IMG/VR virus record: IMGVR_UViG_3300028025_003904
Location: 1-64,000 of that record
DNA: 64,000 bases
Strand: one strand, 5' to 3'
Origin: a virus
Shown here: positions 9,116 through 18,614 of the stretch, in pieces
Layout of the letters: each line of letters opens with the position of its first letter
Position numbering within the stretch: the stretch's first letter is position 1
Notes under the pieces: model-generated
Database searches by the model: none
What the model saw: only the letters and a program-made list of their open reading frames with translations
What the model was told of the DNA's origin: nothing
Translations under genes and position numbers: made by a program

Positions 9116-9916
9116 TTATGCACCCAATGCTTTACTGAATCCATTAGGACAAGTTCTAGTACATACCAAAGATGCAACAACTGGTGCTACTGCAGCTCCG
9201 ATTGCGATACCAACTCCAGCAGGCGTTGCCCATAATGCAGCCGAATCTAAACTATAATAGATACAATTTGAACATACATTTCTTAATAATTGTGGGTCAA
9301 CATTCCCACCAACACCAGGTATTGCTAAAAATCCATCTGCCACTATTACACCCATTGCCGTTGATACTGCCATTTTAGCTGCCATATCTGCAACGTAAAG
9401 AACCGGCGTAGCCATCAATGATAATGTAGTTGAAGTTGCTGCTCCAGCAGGTTGTGCCGGTGTAAATGCTAAAACACAACCCGTAGATATTGCCGCAGTT
9501 ATTCCAATTGTACAAGCATTTGCATCTGCCCAATTGTATGCAGCTACTGCGCCTGCTGCCACTATCTCAACACCTGCTACAATTTGTTGTTCGGCTTGTT
9601 TAGATAATTGAACAAATTCGTTTTGAGTTACATCGAACCCCACCTTTGCAAATTCTTCAGTAGTACTTGCAATAGTACACGCTGCACTTTCTACTCTGTG
9701 TGCACTATCGGTAGCAAATGCTACTGAATAGTTGTATGCATCTTCTACACTACCTATTGCAGTGTTTATACCACTTCCAATTGGTTGAATTACGTTATCA
9801 TTAATTGCATTTCCCGCATCTACAAATGCGTTACCAATTGGTTGAATAACATTATCATTAATTGCGTTTCCGGCATCTACAAATGCCTGTTCAATTGCTT
9901 TTCCAGCGCTTCCCAT
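9116..9916 (-). CDS. Ala-rich hydrophobic hypothetical protein with an 18-aa tandem repeat
   Basis: AFVDAGNAINDNVIQPIG twice (54-bp repeat ~9778-9887); hydrophobic, Cys-containing C-terminus. Confidence 0.7.
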   Translation of the reverse strand: MGSAGKAIEQAFVDAGNAINDNVIQPIGNAFVDAGNAINDNVIQPIGSGINTAIGSVEDAYNYSVAFATDSAHRVESAACTIASTTEEFAKVGFDVTQNEFVQLSKQAEQQIVAGVEIVAAGAVAAYNWADANACTIGITAAISTGCVLAFTPAQPAGAATSTTLSLMATPVLYVADMAAKMAVSTAMGVIVADGFLAIPGVGGNVDPQLLRNVCSNCIYYSLDSAALWATPAGVGIAIGAAVAPVVASLVCTRTCPNGFSKALGA

Positions 9917-9936
9917 AATTCTAGTTGTTTAGTTGT

Positions 9937-10245
9937 TTAATTTATTTCCATTCTCATTAAGTATAACTCATTGTTTTCAAACCAATCTTTGAATCCAAAC
10001 ATCTTTGCTAATTTCTTTGCTTTAATATTTCCCTTTGGGGGTGCTCCGTATATTTCGTTATAACCCTCATTCTTAAAGTTTTGAAGAATACCCTCATAAA
10101 TATTCATCATCCGTTTAAAAAAAGAATGTGACCATACTTCCTCATTAAAACTTATATGCATTGCAACTTTGGTACGATTAAGTAAATAATCACACTCCAC
10201 CAATACATCTTCATCTTTATATAATGTAACTCTTATTGATGACAT
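9937..10245 (-). CDS. GNAT-like protein
   Basis: NIKAKKLAKMFGF resembles the GNAT N..A..L...GF motif. Confidence 0.45.
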   Translation of the reverse strand: MSSIRVTLYKDEDVLVECDYLLNRTKVAMHISFNEEVWSHSFFKRMMNIYEGILQNFKNEGYNEIYGAPPKGNIKAKKLAKMFGFKDWFENNELYLMRMEIN

Positions 10246-10251
10246 ATATTA

Positions 10252-10989
10252 TCAATTCACCCAGTTTTCTAATGCTTTCATATACCCATCACCCATATGG
10301 TCTTTGATAGTTTTACCTGAAAATAATGATTTTAGGTACAACCAAAGTGATTTTAGTGATTTATCATTTTGTAATCTATTACCAGCCGTATCTAATCTTA
10401 CTTGGTAGTTTACATGATGAAATCCTATATATGGTGTATGTGTTACTAAATCGTTGTTATGTACTATTCGTAAAGTATCTATACCACTTTTATCGTAGTT
10501 TTCTTTGAATACTTTATTACCAACTCTCGGGCTACCAATCGTTGTTACTTTAAGATTGTAATGAGGATAGTGTTTCTTTATTGAGTATGCATATAATGTT
10601 GCTACTGCTCCACCTAAACTATGTCCACTAACTACAATATCAGTAGTTTCACCTTGTAGGTTTTCTAATGCAGTATCAATTGCATCATATGTATCACCCA
10701 CTACCGATTCCCAACAATATTTAAATCCAATATGAACCTTTTCATTCTCTTCTATAAATGGTACTTTATCAATTGAAGCATCGTTTTGAAAATCCTTCTT
10801 TGATTCACTACCTCTCCAAACTACATATATAGTTTTATCCTTTGTTGCTACAAATCCTTGTGTATCTGATTTTTTATTCTCAATCCACTTCACTAACTCT
10901 AATCCATACTCATCCCAATTTATTTGGTCTTTGTTTGAATAAGCTAACACTGCTAATTTTGAATTATATAATGCTTCCTTTCTTGTCAT
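10252..10989 (-). CDS. Class 3 lipase (alpha/beta hydrolase)
   Basis: VWRGS, VHIGF, GHSLGG, TIGSPRVGN, DLV and terminal DH motifs. Confidence 0.9.
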   Translation of the reverse strand: MTRKEALYNSKLAVLAYSNKDQINWDEYGLELVKWIENKKSDTQGFVATKDKTIYVVWRGSESKKDFQNDASIDKVPFIEENEKVHIGFKYCWESVVGDTYDAIDTALENLQGETTDIVVSGHSLGGAVATLYAYSIKKHYPHYNLKVTTIGSPRVGNKVFKENYDKSGIDTLRIVHNNDLVTHTPYIGFHHVNYQVRLDTAGNRLQNDKSLKSLWLYLKSLFSGKTIKDHMGDGYMKALENWVN

Positions 10990-10995
10990 AATTTA

Positions 10996-11715
10996 TTATT
11001 TTGTAAATTTACCCTTCTTAATCATACGAAGAAGAATGCGAGCACAAGCAATATCCAATGCTTTCTTTGTAGATGTACCAATAGTAGATTGATTGAATTT
11101 AACATCTGATAAGTTATCATCGTTTAATAATGACAATTCTCTTGTGGTAGTTGCTTCACCTAAACCCGATGCTCCAAATATCTCACCAGTTTCTGCATCT
11201 GTGAATCTAACTTGCAAACCTAAACGAGTAACCATTTTGTTTTTAACACCATCTTTCATATTGATTGTTTCATCCTCACTAATAGAGAAATCATATACTT
11301 CAATAGATACAAAATAGTGTGCTAATCTAATCTTACCTCTACCATCTAACTTATCTTGGGAAATGCCCGCTTGAGAAGCTTGAAATTGTTTAACCATTCT
11401 ATTTTTGATTTCGGTTTTGTCCTCTGTAAAAGTAAAACGGTTGAGATTTTCAAGGTATTCCATAGATATATTCGCCACACCAAGACCCACCTTCTTTTCT
11501 TTAAGTTCCGGATATTGTTCCAAAATTTCATCACTTATTCCACATTTTAAGATTTGAATTGGAATTGTTGGACCATCGTAGTCCATCAACTCACTTATGT
11601 CCACTTTTGTTTCAAAACTCGCTTTGTAGTTTTCTGTTGTAGTCTTTCCAACTACCTGTCCCTTTGCAATAAAGGTCAATAATCCCATTGCTAAAATTAG
11701 AAATACATTCTTCAT
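10996..11715 (-). CDS. CsgG/HfaB-like secretion-channel family protein
   Basis: Signal peptide; GLGVANI...LNRFTFTE, VRFTDAETGEI and STKKAL motifs match the CsgG-like fold pattern. Confidence 0.65.
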   Translation of the reverse strand: MKNVFLILAMGLLTFIAKGQVVGKTTTENYKASFETKVDISELMDYDGPTIPIQILKCGISDEILEQYPELKEKKVGLGVANISMEYLENLNRFTFTEDKTEIKNRMVKQFQASQAGISQDKLDGRGKIRLAHYFVSIEVYDFSISEDETINMKDGVKNKMVTRLGLQVRFTDAETGEIFGASGLGEATTTRELSLLNDDNLSDVKFNQSTIGTSTKKALDIACARILLRMIKKGKFTK

Positions 11716-11747
11716 ATCTTATAGTTTTTTCTTTCCTATAAGTATAT

Positions 11748-11780
11748 AAAAAAAGGGAAAAACTTTCGTTCTTCCCTTTT
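11748..11780 (-). terminator. Rho-independent terminator
   Basis: AAAAGGGAAGAAC-GAAA-GTTTTTCCCTTTTTTT after ORF 11788-12087; followed by a TACTTAT promoter motif. Confidence 0.8.
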
Positions 11781-11787
11781 CAATACA

Positions 11788-12087
11788 TTATCCCAATTCC
11801 TCTTCTTCCTTCATTGGTTCTGGCTTAATACTATCCAAATGATTTAGTTTATCATTTTCGGCTTTCTTATTAACAAACTTGTCAACCGATGCTATACCAA
11901 ATGAACCCAATGTTATGGTTAAAAAACCATTAAAGATATATTCGTTGATAAGTAATTCCTTACCCATATATCCAGTTACTAAATCAACTGCGATTGCTAC
12001 TACCATTACACCGAATGATGCAAATCCGACAACTGATTTTTCGTTGATGTTATTATCATCATCAAACAAATCTTTAAAAAAACCCAT
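11788..12087 (-). CDS. Two-TM membrane protein (holin-like topology)
   Basis: Two hydrophobic segments and a charged tail; GGGGAG SD. Confidence 0.6.
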   Translation of the reverse strand: MGFFKDLFDDDNNINEKSVVGFASFGVMVVAIAVDLVTGYMGKELLINEYIFNGFLTITLGSFGIASVDKFVNKKAENDKLNHLDSIKPEPMKEEEELG

Positions 12088-12108
12088 AGTTACTCCCCTT
12101 ATTTTTAA

Positions 12109-12459
12109 TTAATCTATATTATGGTGTGCTTCATCACTTTCATTTGGTGCAGATGCTCCGCCTGTGTTTGATAAGGATACACCGTCTTCCTCGTCCATTT
12201 TTTGAACTAACATTTTATCTTTGTCTGTATCAGAGAACCAATAATCTATAATCTTACCATAAGAACCAATAAATGCTCCTAATAAAAGTAATAATAGTTC
12301 TTTCCACTCTTGTCCTACGATGGTATCTATGTGTATAGAAATAAGAATACCAAATGTAGTAAACATAAAAGTAATTAATACAATTAATGTAATTAACCAC
12401 CTTCTTTTCATCATCTGATTTAAGAGTTGCTTAAATCCGTCTGGTTGCTGATGTTCCAT
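12109..12459 (-). CDS. Two-TM membrane protein
   Basis: RRWLITLIVL... and ELLLLLLGAFIGSYGKIIDYWF. Confidence 0.7.
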   Translation of the reverse strand: MEHQQPDGFKQLLNQMMKRRWLITLIVLITFMFTTFGILISIHIDTIVGQEWKELLLLLLGAFIGSYGKIIDYWFSDTDKDKMLVQKMDEEDGVSLSNTGGASAPNESDEAHHNID

Positions 12460-12465
12460 ACTATA

Positions 12466-12789
12466 TTACCAAGCTGCTGGCTTTTCCTTAAACTCGTCTG
12501 CTTCTTTTTTAGGTTTAGGAGCCGGTGCTGGTTGTGCAGGTTTAGCTGAACCATTTCCTTCTCCACCTTTGTTGATGATAATAGTTTTACCACCAGCAGA
12601 TTGTTGTTGAGTTTGGTTATTTTGGATGTTGATAACCGGTGCTGCTGCCGGAGCTGCTGCTGGTTGCTCACCACCACCGAACATTTGTGAACCTAACCAA
12701 GCTCCGCCTGCGGTTACTATTGTTCCTACTGTGCCTATGATTGTTTTAACCAATCCTGACATTGTTCCATCGTTTGATTCTTCTGACAT
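12466..12789 (-). CDS. Single-TM protein with Pro/Ala/Gln-rich tail
   Basis: 107 aa ORF. Confidence 0.7.
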   Translation of the reverse strand: MSEESNDGTMSGLVKTIIGTVGTIVTAGGAWLGSQMFGGGEQPAAAPAAAPVINIQNNQTQQQSAGGKTIIINKGGEGNGSAKPAQPAPAPKPKKEADEFKEKPAAW

Positions 12790-12813
12790 AATCTTTGTTT
12801 TTGTAAGTTGTTA

Positions 12814-13185
12814 TTATAATTTATTAAAATCTGCTATTCCCAATAGGTTTCCTTCTAAATCGAACAAACCAATTCTATATGCTGAAGATGGTAAAGCGTT
12901 TGCGTAAATCTTTAATAGATTATTACCAGCTTTTATAGTTACCTCTTCTTTTGATACTGATTTGTTTGCTATGTTTAATATTTTTACTACATATGTTCCA
13001 GCAGTTTCAGCTTTTACATTCATAGCAACTTCATTTTTTACAAATGGAGTTTCTACTTTAATACCCATATTACCAACTATTTGTAATTTTTCAGTTACTT
13101 GTGTTGGAGTTGGTACTAATAATTCTTCATTTTGACAAGATACTAATAATCCAATTGCCAATATCGATGCTACTATTTTTTTCAT
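12814..13185 (-). CDS. Lipoprotein with Ig-like domain resembling T9SS/FlgD C-terminal domains
   Basis: Lipobox LVSC; GTYVVKILN...AGNN...LPSSAY pattern. Confidence 0.6.
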   Translation of the reverse strand: MKKIVASILAIGLLVSCQNEELLVPTPTQVTEKLQIVGNMGIKVETPFVKNEVAMNVKAETAGTYVVKILNIANKSVSKEEVTIKAGNNLLKIYANALPSSAYRIGLFDLEGNLLGIADFNKL

Positions 13186-13526
13186 TTTATTATTATTGTT
13201 GTTTTTCCTAATTCTTTTTTAGTAACATCTTCCAATAACAGATATAAATATCTACTTTGTAACGATTTCGTATAAATCTTTTTTACATTTTCTCCACTTT
13301 GTCCAATAAACTTTTCTCTACCGATTACTTGTCCACTTTCTTTATCTATTAAAGTTAGTGTATAAGTTCCTTTTTCTGGCAAATCAAAGTGTATAGATTC
13401 ACCATTTGTAACATTACTTTGACTTACACTAAATATATCATCAATTGATAATCCTTCTGGCATTACCAATTCAGGTCCACTACACCCAACCAATAGTATC
13501 AAAAATAAGTATAGTACCCGTTTCAT
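13182..13526 (-). CDS. Lipoprotein with Ig-like domain
   Basis: Lipobox LVGC; GTYTLTLID pattern like the neighbouring gene. Confidence 0.6.
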   Translation of the reverse strand: MKRVLYLFLILLVGCSGPELVMPEGLSIDDIFSVSQSNVTNGESIHFDLPEKGTYTLTLIDKESGQVIGREKFIGQSGENVKKIYTKSLQSRYLYLLLEDVTKKELGKTTIIIK

Positions 13527-15460
13527 TAGTTTATATTTATTTTTAGTTGCTTACCATCTTTATTTATTGCATCGGTTGCTGAAATTGATGTTAATCCCAA
13601 TGTACCTTCAATACCAACTAATGGTAAAAAAGTTATTTTATATTCCGTATTATCGGTTAGTAATCCATTTCCACTATAAATCAAAGAACCAAAGTTTATG
13701 TAATTACCAGTATCATTTGAAAAGTTTGTAGGATTTCCATCGGTAGTATATTCCGTATTTTCGTATTTCAATATATCTTTATCATAGTTTAATTTTAACT
13801 GAATACCTTTTAGTGATTGTCCTAATGTATTTACTTTTACACTTACCACAACTTTACCACCAACATTTTCACTTACTACATATACAGATACTTCCATTGG
13901 TGTGGTTAAACTCATAGTACGATTTACACTTGCAGTAGCTTGTGTATTTTGTGCTGGTGTATGTGATAGGTTTACATCTCCTTTTAATGCCACCACTATG
14001 TGATACACATAATCATTTATAGCCGCATCAACTGCTAACGGATAGTTTGCTTTATATGGTGCATTTATTGTTGCCCAATTAGATTTGTTTACTCCATCAA
14101 ATGTAGTTTTATTTACCAATCTAAATAAGTTATCCTCACTCCACGTAGACACTATTTGTGTACTACCTATTACGTGTTGTAGTATTTTGTAGGAATCTTT
14201 TTCGTTGAATATATTATTACCATCCACATCACCATTTAAGAATTGTACACCATTTGTAAACGAATTACTTTCAGTCCCACTCAATCCTCTATTTGCTAAC
14301 TCTTGAAATGCTAAATATGCATCACCAATAGTTAATACATTACTATATAGATTGGATAAAGTAGCTGATGGTAATTTGGATAAGTACATAACCATATCAG
14401 TTTTACTTTTAACAAAATCACTTGTATTAACCACACTCCCATTTGCACCCAAAGTTAAACCACTAGTTGCACTAACTGCCGTTGCACCATTTGCTGTATA
14501 GTTTTTTACTGACCATTGTGATGGATTTATACCTCCACCAAAGTAAAAATTAACTTTTGAGGTTGGTACATCTATTGGGTTTATTACATTTGCCGAATAG
14601 AAATTTGTAAATGTTTGTGAATCTGGATTAGTCCAAGTTCCATATTCAATTATATATGGATTAGACCAATTGTTTGATAAATCGTTCCAAGTTGATTGTC
14701 CATTCCAATTTGTTACTGCATAATTCTCACTACCATTACTGCCATTTGGTTCACCAGGTGCCCAGTTGTTATATACACCTACGATATTTCCTGCAGTTTG
14801 TCCATTTGATGTTTTCATTACAATTCCCTTTTCAGGTCCTGCATCAATCACCCATCTACCATCTACAACTTCATCTGTTGCTGCAAACCATATATTTTGT
14901 TGTGGTACGTTAGAAAATATAAAAGCGTTTTCATCGGCAGATGTGATTGTTACCAAATATCCCGTCTGTCCTTTGAATGTTGTTAGTAACGATGCCGCTC
15001 TTGCTCCCGTATAAGTATCTCCCGTTGTTACTGGTCTATAAAAGTGTCCGTTTATTGGGTTGTAATAAAATCCTGTTGGGTTTAAAGTTGCTGATACGGA
15101 TATTTGAACATTACCGGCGGTTGCACCTGTATTTATTTTTAGAGATGCTAATGCGTTATTTATGTTTGCTTGCGTTCCCGTAAATACTAAACGAGCTTTA
15201 TTACCAGTTAAAGTAAAACCAGATGCAGGTGTTAAACCTGTTGTTGTGGTTAAATTGAATGTTGTACCTGTTGGTGGATTGATGAACCCTATTGATGCCA
15301 ATAATATATCGGTAGAAGTAAACCCATTCAAAACAAATCCACTACACGACTGCCCACTTACGTTTAATTCAAACTTTTTAGCGAGCGGTTGTGTAATGGA
15401 TTGTGCAATGGTTATACTACTACACAATAAAAACATTATTGCGGTTAGTATTACTCTCAT
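13526..15460 (-). CDS. Secreted protein: C-type-lectin-like, dockerin-like and C-terminal cohesin-like domains
   Basis: NGHFY, GYLVTITSADENAFI, YNNWAPGEPN and WNDL (lectin); GDVDGNNIFNEKDSY (dockerin-like); GIQLKLNYDKDILKY (cohesin-like). Confidence 0.75.
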   Translation of the reverse strand: MRVILTAIMFLLCSSITIAQSITQPLAKKFELNVSGQSCSGFVLNGFTSTDILLASIGFINPPTGTTFNLTTTTGLTPASGFTLTGNKARLVFTGTQANINNALASLKINTGATAGNVQISVSATLNPTGFYYNPINGHFYRPVTTGDTYTGARAASLLTTFKGQTGYLVTITSADENAFIFSNVPQQNIWFAATDEVVDGRWVIDAGPEKGIVMKTSNGQTAGNIVGVYNNWAPGEPNGSNGSENYAVTNWNGQSTWNDLSNNWSNPYIIEYGTWTNPDSQTFTNFYSANVINPIDVPTSKVNFYFGGGINPSQWSVKNYTANGATAVSATSGLTLGANGSVVNTSDFVKSKTDMVMYLSKLPSATLSNLYSNVLTIGDAYLAFQELANRGLSGTESNSFTNGVQFLNGDVDGNNIFNEKDSYKILQHVIGSTQIVSTWSEDNLFRLVNKTTFDGVNKSNWATINAPYKANYPLAVDAAINDYVYHIVVALKGDVNLSHTPAQNTQATASVNRTMSLTTPMEVSVYVVSENVGGKVVVSVKVNTLGQSLKGIQLKLNYDKDILKYENTEYTTDGNPTNFSNDTGNYINFGSLIYSGNGLLTDNTEYKITFLPLVGIEGTLGLTSISATDAINKDGKQLKININ

Positions 15461-17088
15461 TATTCTACATTTAATCCAATCTTATTTCCTTTTCCATCAA
15501 CTGCATCTGCTAATTCAGTATAGAATAAACCAGCAGTATTTGTTAAAGGAACATTAGATGTGAAAGTTAATTTGTATGGTGTACCAGTTTTAATTCTAGC
15601 AGTTTTAATTTGGTCCATTGAACCAAATGTTAATCTACCATCTTTATTTGTTGAAAAGTTAGTTATAGATGAACCAGCATCAAATACAATACCATCTAAT
15701 GTTAATTTAGAGTCATCGTATTTCAAAATAACTTCTAGTCCGGCTAACCCTTCTTGTGATAAGTTACCACTTAATATTACTTTATTATTTTCAATTTTAG
15801 ATGATAAACTTAATGTTGCAGTTCCAGCTAATTGGTTTGCATAGATACCTTTATTACCAATAGTTCTATTCATTGTACCATTAGTACCTATTACACTATT
15901 TGCAGATATTGGTTGACCTGGGTTAGATGAATGTGAGAAATCCAAATCACCACCAAATGCGTAAGAGAATACTTCTGTTTGATTTGCCGATGTTAAGGTA
16001 ACTACGTTATTAGATTGAGCCGGTGTAAGAGTAGGATATGCCGATTGTTTTACGGATATAAAATTCATTGCCGTTGAGTTTTGCTTTGTTATTCTTGCTT
16101 TTGAAGATACATCTTGCCCTAAAATGTGTGCAAACAAATAGTAAGCATCGTTTGTATTAAAATCACCATCATTTAGTGTTACATTACCAATTGCCTTTTC
16201 TAATGCGGGGTATCCAAATATAGATGTTGTACCATTTAATCCCACATCCGTTACTGCTAAAAATGCTCTATATGCATCGGTTACAGTTACTACGTTGTTC
16301 AAATAAGATGCTCCAAAAGTTGGTACAATATATACACCAAACTTATCACCAATGTTGAATTGTTCAAAATCAGCTTGTCCACCAGAGTTCAATGCCTTCT
16401 TTGCTAATGGTGGAATATTCCAGTTTGTAGTTCCATCTCCGTTTAGGGGTTGGATTTGAACTGATAAAGATGTAATGTCAAAATTAGATGGATAACCAAC
16501 CTTCACTCTAAATGCCGAAACGTATTTTACATCTCCAGCTGCAAATGATAATTGAAGAACTTGAGAACCAATTGGTGCAATCGGTGCATCATCTGTTCCA
16601 GTTGCAGTTGCCAAATCTAATTTGTGTATGCCTTGGTAGTTTGTATTTTCTAATAGTATAAATTTTTCAGTTGCCCACAAACCATCAATTACCGCATCTG
16701 CTCTTTGAGTTGTAAATTGTTTTGCTATCCAATCGTTGTTTTGTGTATAGTTCCAAGGTGTTGAAGCATATTGTTTATCTAACTCACCAACTCCAATTAC
16801 TGGGTTTTGAGTAAACATATAGTTTGGCCAAGTTGCTTCAAAGTTTTGAGCAGTTTGTCCTTGTGAGAATACGGTAGGACCTAATTTTTGTAGGTGTTTG
16901 TTTGAGTATTGATAACGCATCCAAAGGAATCTAGGGTTTGTAGTTCCTTTGATAATGTTATATCTTATCGTTAGTGTATCACCAACTCTGTAAGGTTTTG
17001 AGTTTACTACCTCTTGGTTAATGATTAATTGTCCGTAAGACACAAATGATGTTAAAAACAACACCAATCCGAATAATAAGTTTTTCAT
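15460..17088 (-). CDS. Secreted cohesin-like / dockerin-like domain protein
   Basis: Signal peptide; VGDTLTIRY N-domain; VTVTDAY and NVTLNDGDFNTNDAY; C-terminal LAGLEVILKYDDSKL; shares GD.x.SH and FGS motifs with 13526-15460. Confidence 0.7.
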   Translation of the reverse strand: MKNLLFGLVLFLTSFVSYGQLIINQEVVNSKPYRVGDTLTIRYNIIKGTTNPRFLWMRYQYSNKHLQKLGPTVFSQGQTAQNFEATWPNYMFTQNPVIGVGELDKQYASTPWNYTQNNDWIAKQFTTQRADAVIDGLWATEKFILLENTNYQGIHKLDLATATGTDDAPIAPIGSQVLQLSFAAGDVKYVSAFRVKVGYPSNFDITSLSVQIQPLNGDGTTNWNIPPLAKKALNSGGQADFEQFNIGDKFGVYIVPTFGASYLNNVVTVTDAYRAFLAVTDVGLNGTTSIFGYPALEKAIGNVTLNDGDFNTNDAYYLFAHILGQDVSSKARITKQNSTAMNFISVKQSAYPTLTPAQSNNVVTLTSANQTEVFSYAFGGDLDFSHSSNPGQPISANSVIGTNGTMNRTIGNKGIYANQLAGTATLSLSSKIENNKVILSGNLSQEGLAGLEVILKYDDSKLTLDGIVFDAGSSITNFSTNKDGRLTFGSMDQIKTARIKTGTPYKLTFTSNVPLTNTAGLFYTELADAVDGKGNKIGLNVE

Positions 17089-17570
17089 TATAATAGTTTT
17101 TTGATTAAGGTTTCACAAGTCTTTTTAATCGCGTTTCGTGCAGATTGTTGGTTGAATTGTCCACCTTCATTAACTAATAATGTACTAGTAGATACTTCGG
17201 ATGAACTTTCTTCTGCTAAAAATTGTTTTAATTTCTTGCCGTTTTTGTAAAGCGTACCCTTTATTCGTATAACTACTTCAGTTTCGTCTGAATGAAAAAC
17301 TGATATATTTTTTTTGGTTGTTAGAATATCGAAGAAAACGATTTCTGTTTTAAGAACGATTGTGTTCTCATCTATGGTTTCCATCAAAGGATGGTTCTCT
17401 TGTACTAATTCCTGTAAGATATTTTTTACACCAAAAGCCAGGTTTTTGTTGCCGGTTAAAGGTCCTATCTGAACACTATTAACAACTTTTTCAACAAAAA
17501 CTGGCTCTGTATTTTGCGCCATACCCATAATAGGTAATAGCACCAACAATATTGATGTAATTAGTCTCAT
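17088..17570 (-). CDS. Secreted short CsgG/TolB-N-like protein
   Basis: Start MRLITS at 17570 after GGGAG; LAFGVKNILQEL and FNQQSARNAIKK parallel motifs of 10996-11715. Confidence 0.55.
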   Translation of the reverse strand: MRLITSILLVLLPIMGMAQNTEPVFVEKVVNSVQIGPLTGNKNLAFGVKNILQELVQENHPLMETIDENTIVLKTEIVFFDILTTKKNISVFHSDETEVVIRIKGTLYKNGKKLKQFLAEESSSEVSTSTLLVNEGGQFNQQSARNAIKKTCETLIKKLL

Positions 17571-17571
17571 A

Positions 17572-17601
17572 ATTTCTCCCATAAATAAATATAGGAGAAA
17601 T
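17572..17601 (-). promoter_or_regulatory. 12-bp hairpin hiding the SD, with the TATTTAT late-type promoter overlapping the loop
   Basis: ATTTCTCCTATA-TTTATT-TATGGGAGAAAT then T-ATG. Confidence 0.7.
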
Positions 17602-17613
17602 CATAAAACGATA

Positions 17614-18081
17614 TTAAATTTTAAGCTTTAACGAAGTGATTTGTTTTTTTGGAATTGCATACATTTCACACAATTCATTTATTTCTTCTTGTCCTTGTCT
17701 GGTAGAATAAAGAATATCTAAATACTCAACTGCTTGCTTTTCCGAAACTTCGTAATATTTTACTGCTAATTCTATTAACCATTCAGGCTGCCCATCTGCT
17801 TTCTTTCTTCCACTAATGTATTTTAAATATTGTTTACCTTTTGGTAAAATATCTATAAACACTTTATAGAATAACTCTGGCGATAAACTTTGCACATATG
17901 GTTGAACTTCCGAAACAACATCAACCCAAGTAGGTTGCATTGATAAATAACGTAAGATGAGAAAATTACTCCATGTCTTTTTGTCATCATCTGTTAGTTT
18001 ATCAAAGTAATCAGGTTTTTGATGTTCGGTTATTGCTGATATGTGGTCAAATAAGCCCAAGCGGGTTTTTTCCTTCGCCAT
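17614..18081 (-). CDS. Clamp-loader small subunit (T4 gp62-like)
   Basis: LFDHISAI, FLILRYLSM and LPKGKQYLKY motifs; next to the RFC gene. Confidence 0.75.
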   Translation of the reverse strand: MAKEKTRLGLFDHISAITEHQKPDYFDKLTDDDKKTWSNFLILRYLSMQPTWVDVVSEVQPYVQSLSPELFYKVFIDILPKGKQYLKYISGRKKADGQPEWLIELAVKYYEVSEKQAVEYLDILYSTRQGQEEINELCEMYAIPKKQITSLKLKI

Positions 18082-18310
18082 TTTCTTTTGGTTTTCTTAA
18101 TTCAGGTTGTAACAACTCTTCTAATGGTTCTCCACATTCTACACATAAATAGATTTCAAATGGGATAATCTCATCCGATGCTGCTCCTGTGAGTAACTTA
18201 CTCATCTTTTTAAACTTATACCCAATTGCAAAGGTATCACCTCCACAATTCCCACAAGCCATATCCTTTGCTTGCGATATATTTGGTTTTCCTAAATTAC
18301 CACCTATCAT
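18047..18310 (-). CDS. Zn-ribbon hypothetical protein
   Basis: CGNC...CVEC. Confidence 0.7.
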   Translation of the reverse strand: MIGGNLGKPNISQAKDMACGNCGGDTFAIGYKFKKMSKLLTGAASDEIIPFEIYLCVECGEPLEELLQPELRKPKENGEGKNPLGLI

Positions 18311-18612
18311 CGTATCACCATTAAAACTTCTTGCTCACGCAATAAGATATAATCTTTACCAGCTAACTTAATAGTCTGTGTATCATAACTATTGTGTGGT
18401 AGTAATACTTTATTACCAACCTCCAATGTCATAGGGATACGAGTTCCGTTTTGTGTAAATACACCAGGTCCTACTGATATTACTTTACCCAATTTGTTTT
18501 CACCATATTGTGCGGTTTCTGGTAGGATAATACCACCTACTGTTTTTTCCTGCTTTTCAATCTCAATTAAAACTCTATCACCGATAGGTTTTGCTGTTTC
18601 TGTGTTTTCCAT
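18307..18612 (-). CDS. groES: Co-chaperonin GroES
   Basis: KPIGDRVLI, KTVGGIILP, GKVISVGPG. Confidence 0.92.
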   Translation of the reverse strand: MENTETAKPIGDRVLIEIEKQEKTVGGIILPETAQYGENKLGKVISVGPGVFTQNGTRIPMTLEVGNKVLLPHNSYDTQTIKLAGKDYILLREQEVLMVIR

Positions 18613-18614
18613 AA

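Noticed and set aside
5356-17570. Bacterial chromosome segment or prophage boundary, given host-like envelope genes
   Set aside because: Same strand, composition, tight packing and phage late-type promoters as the flanks; no integrase or housekeeping context.
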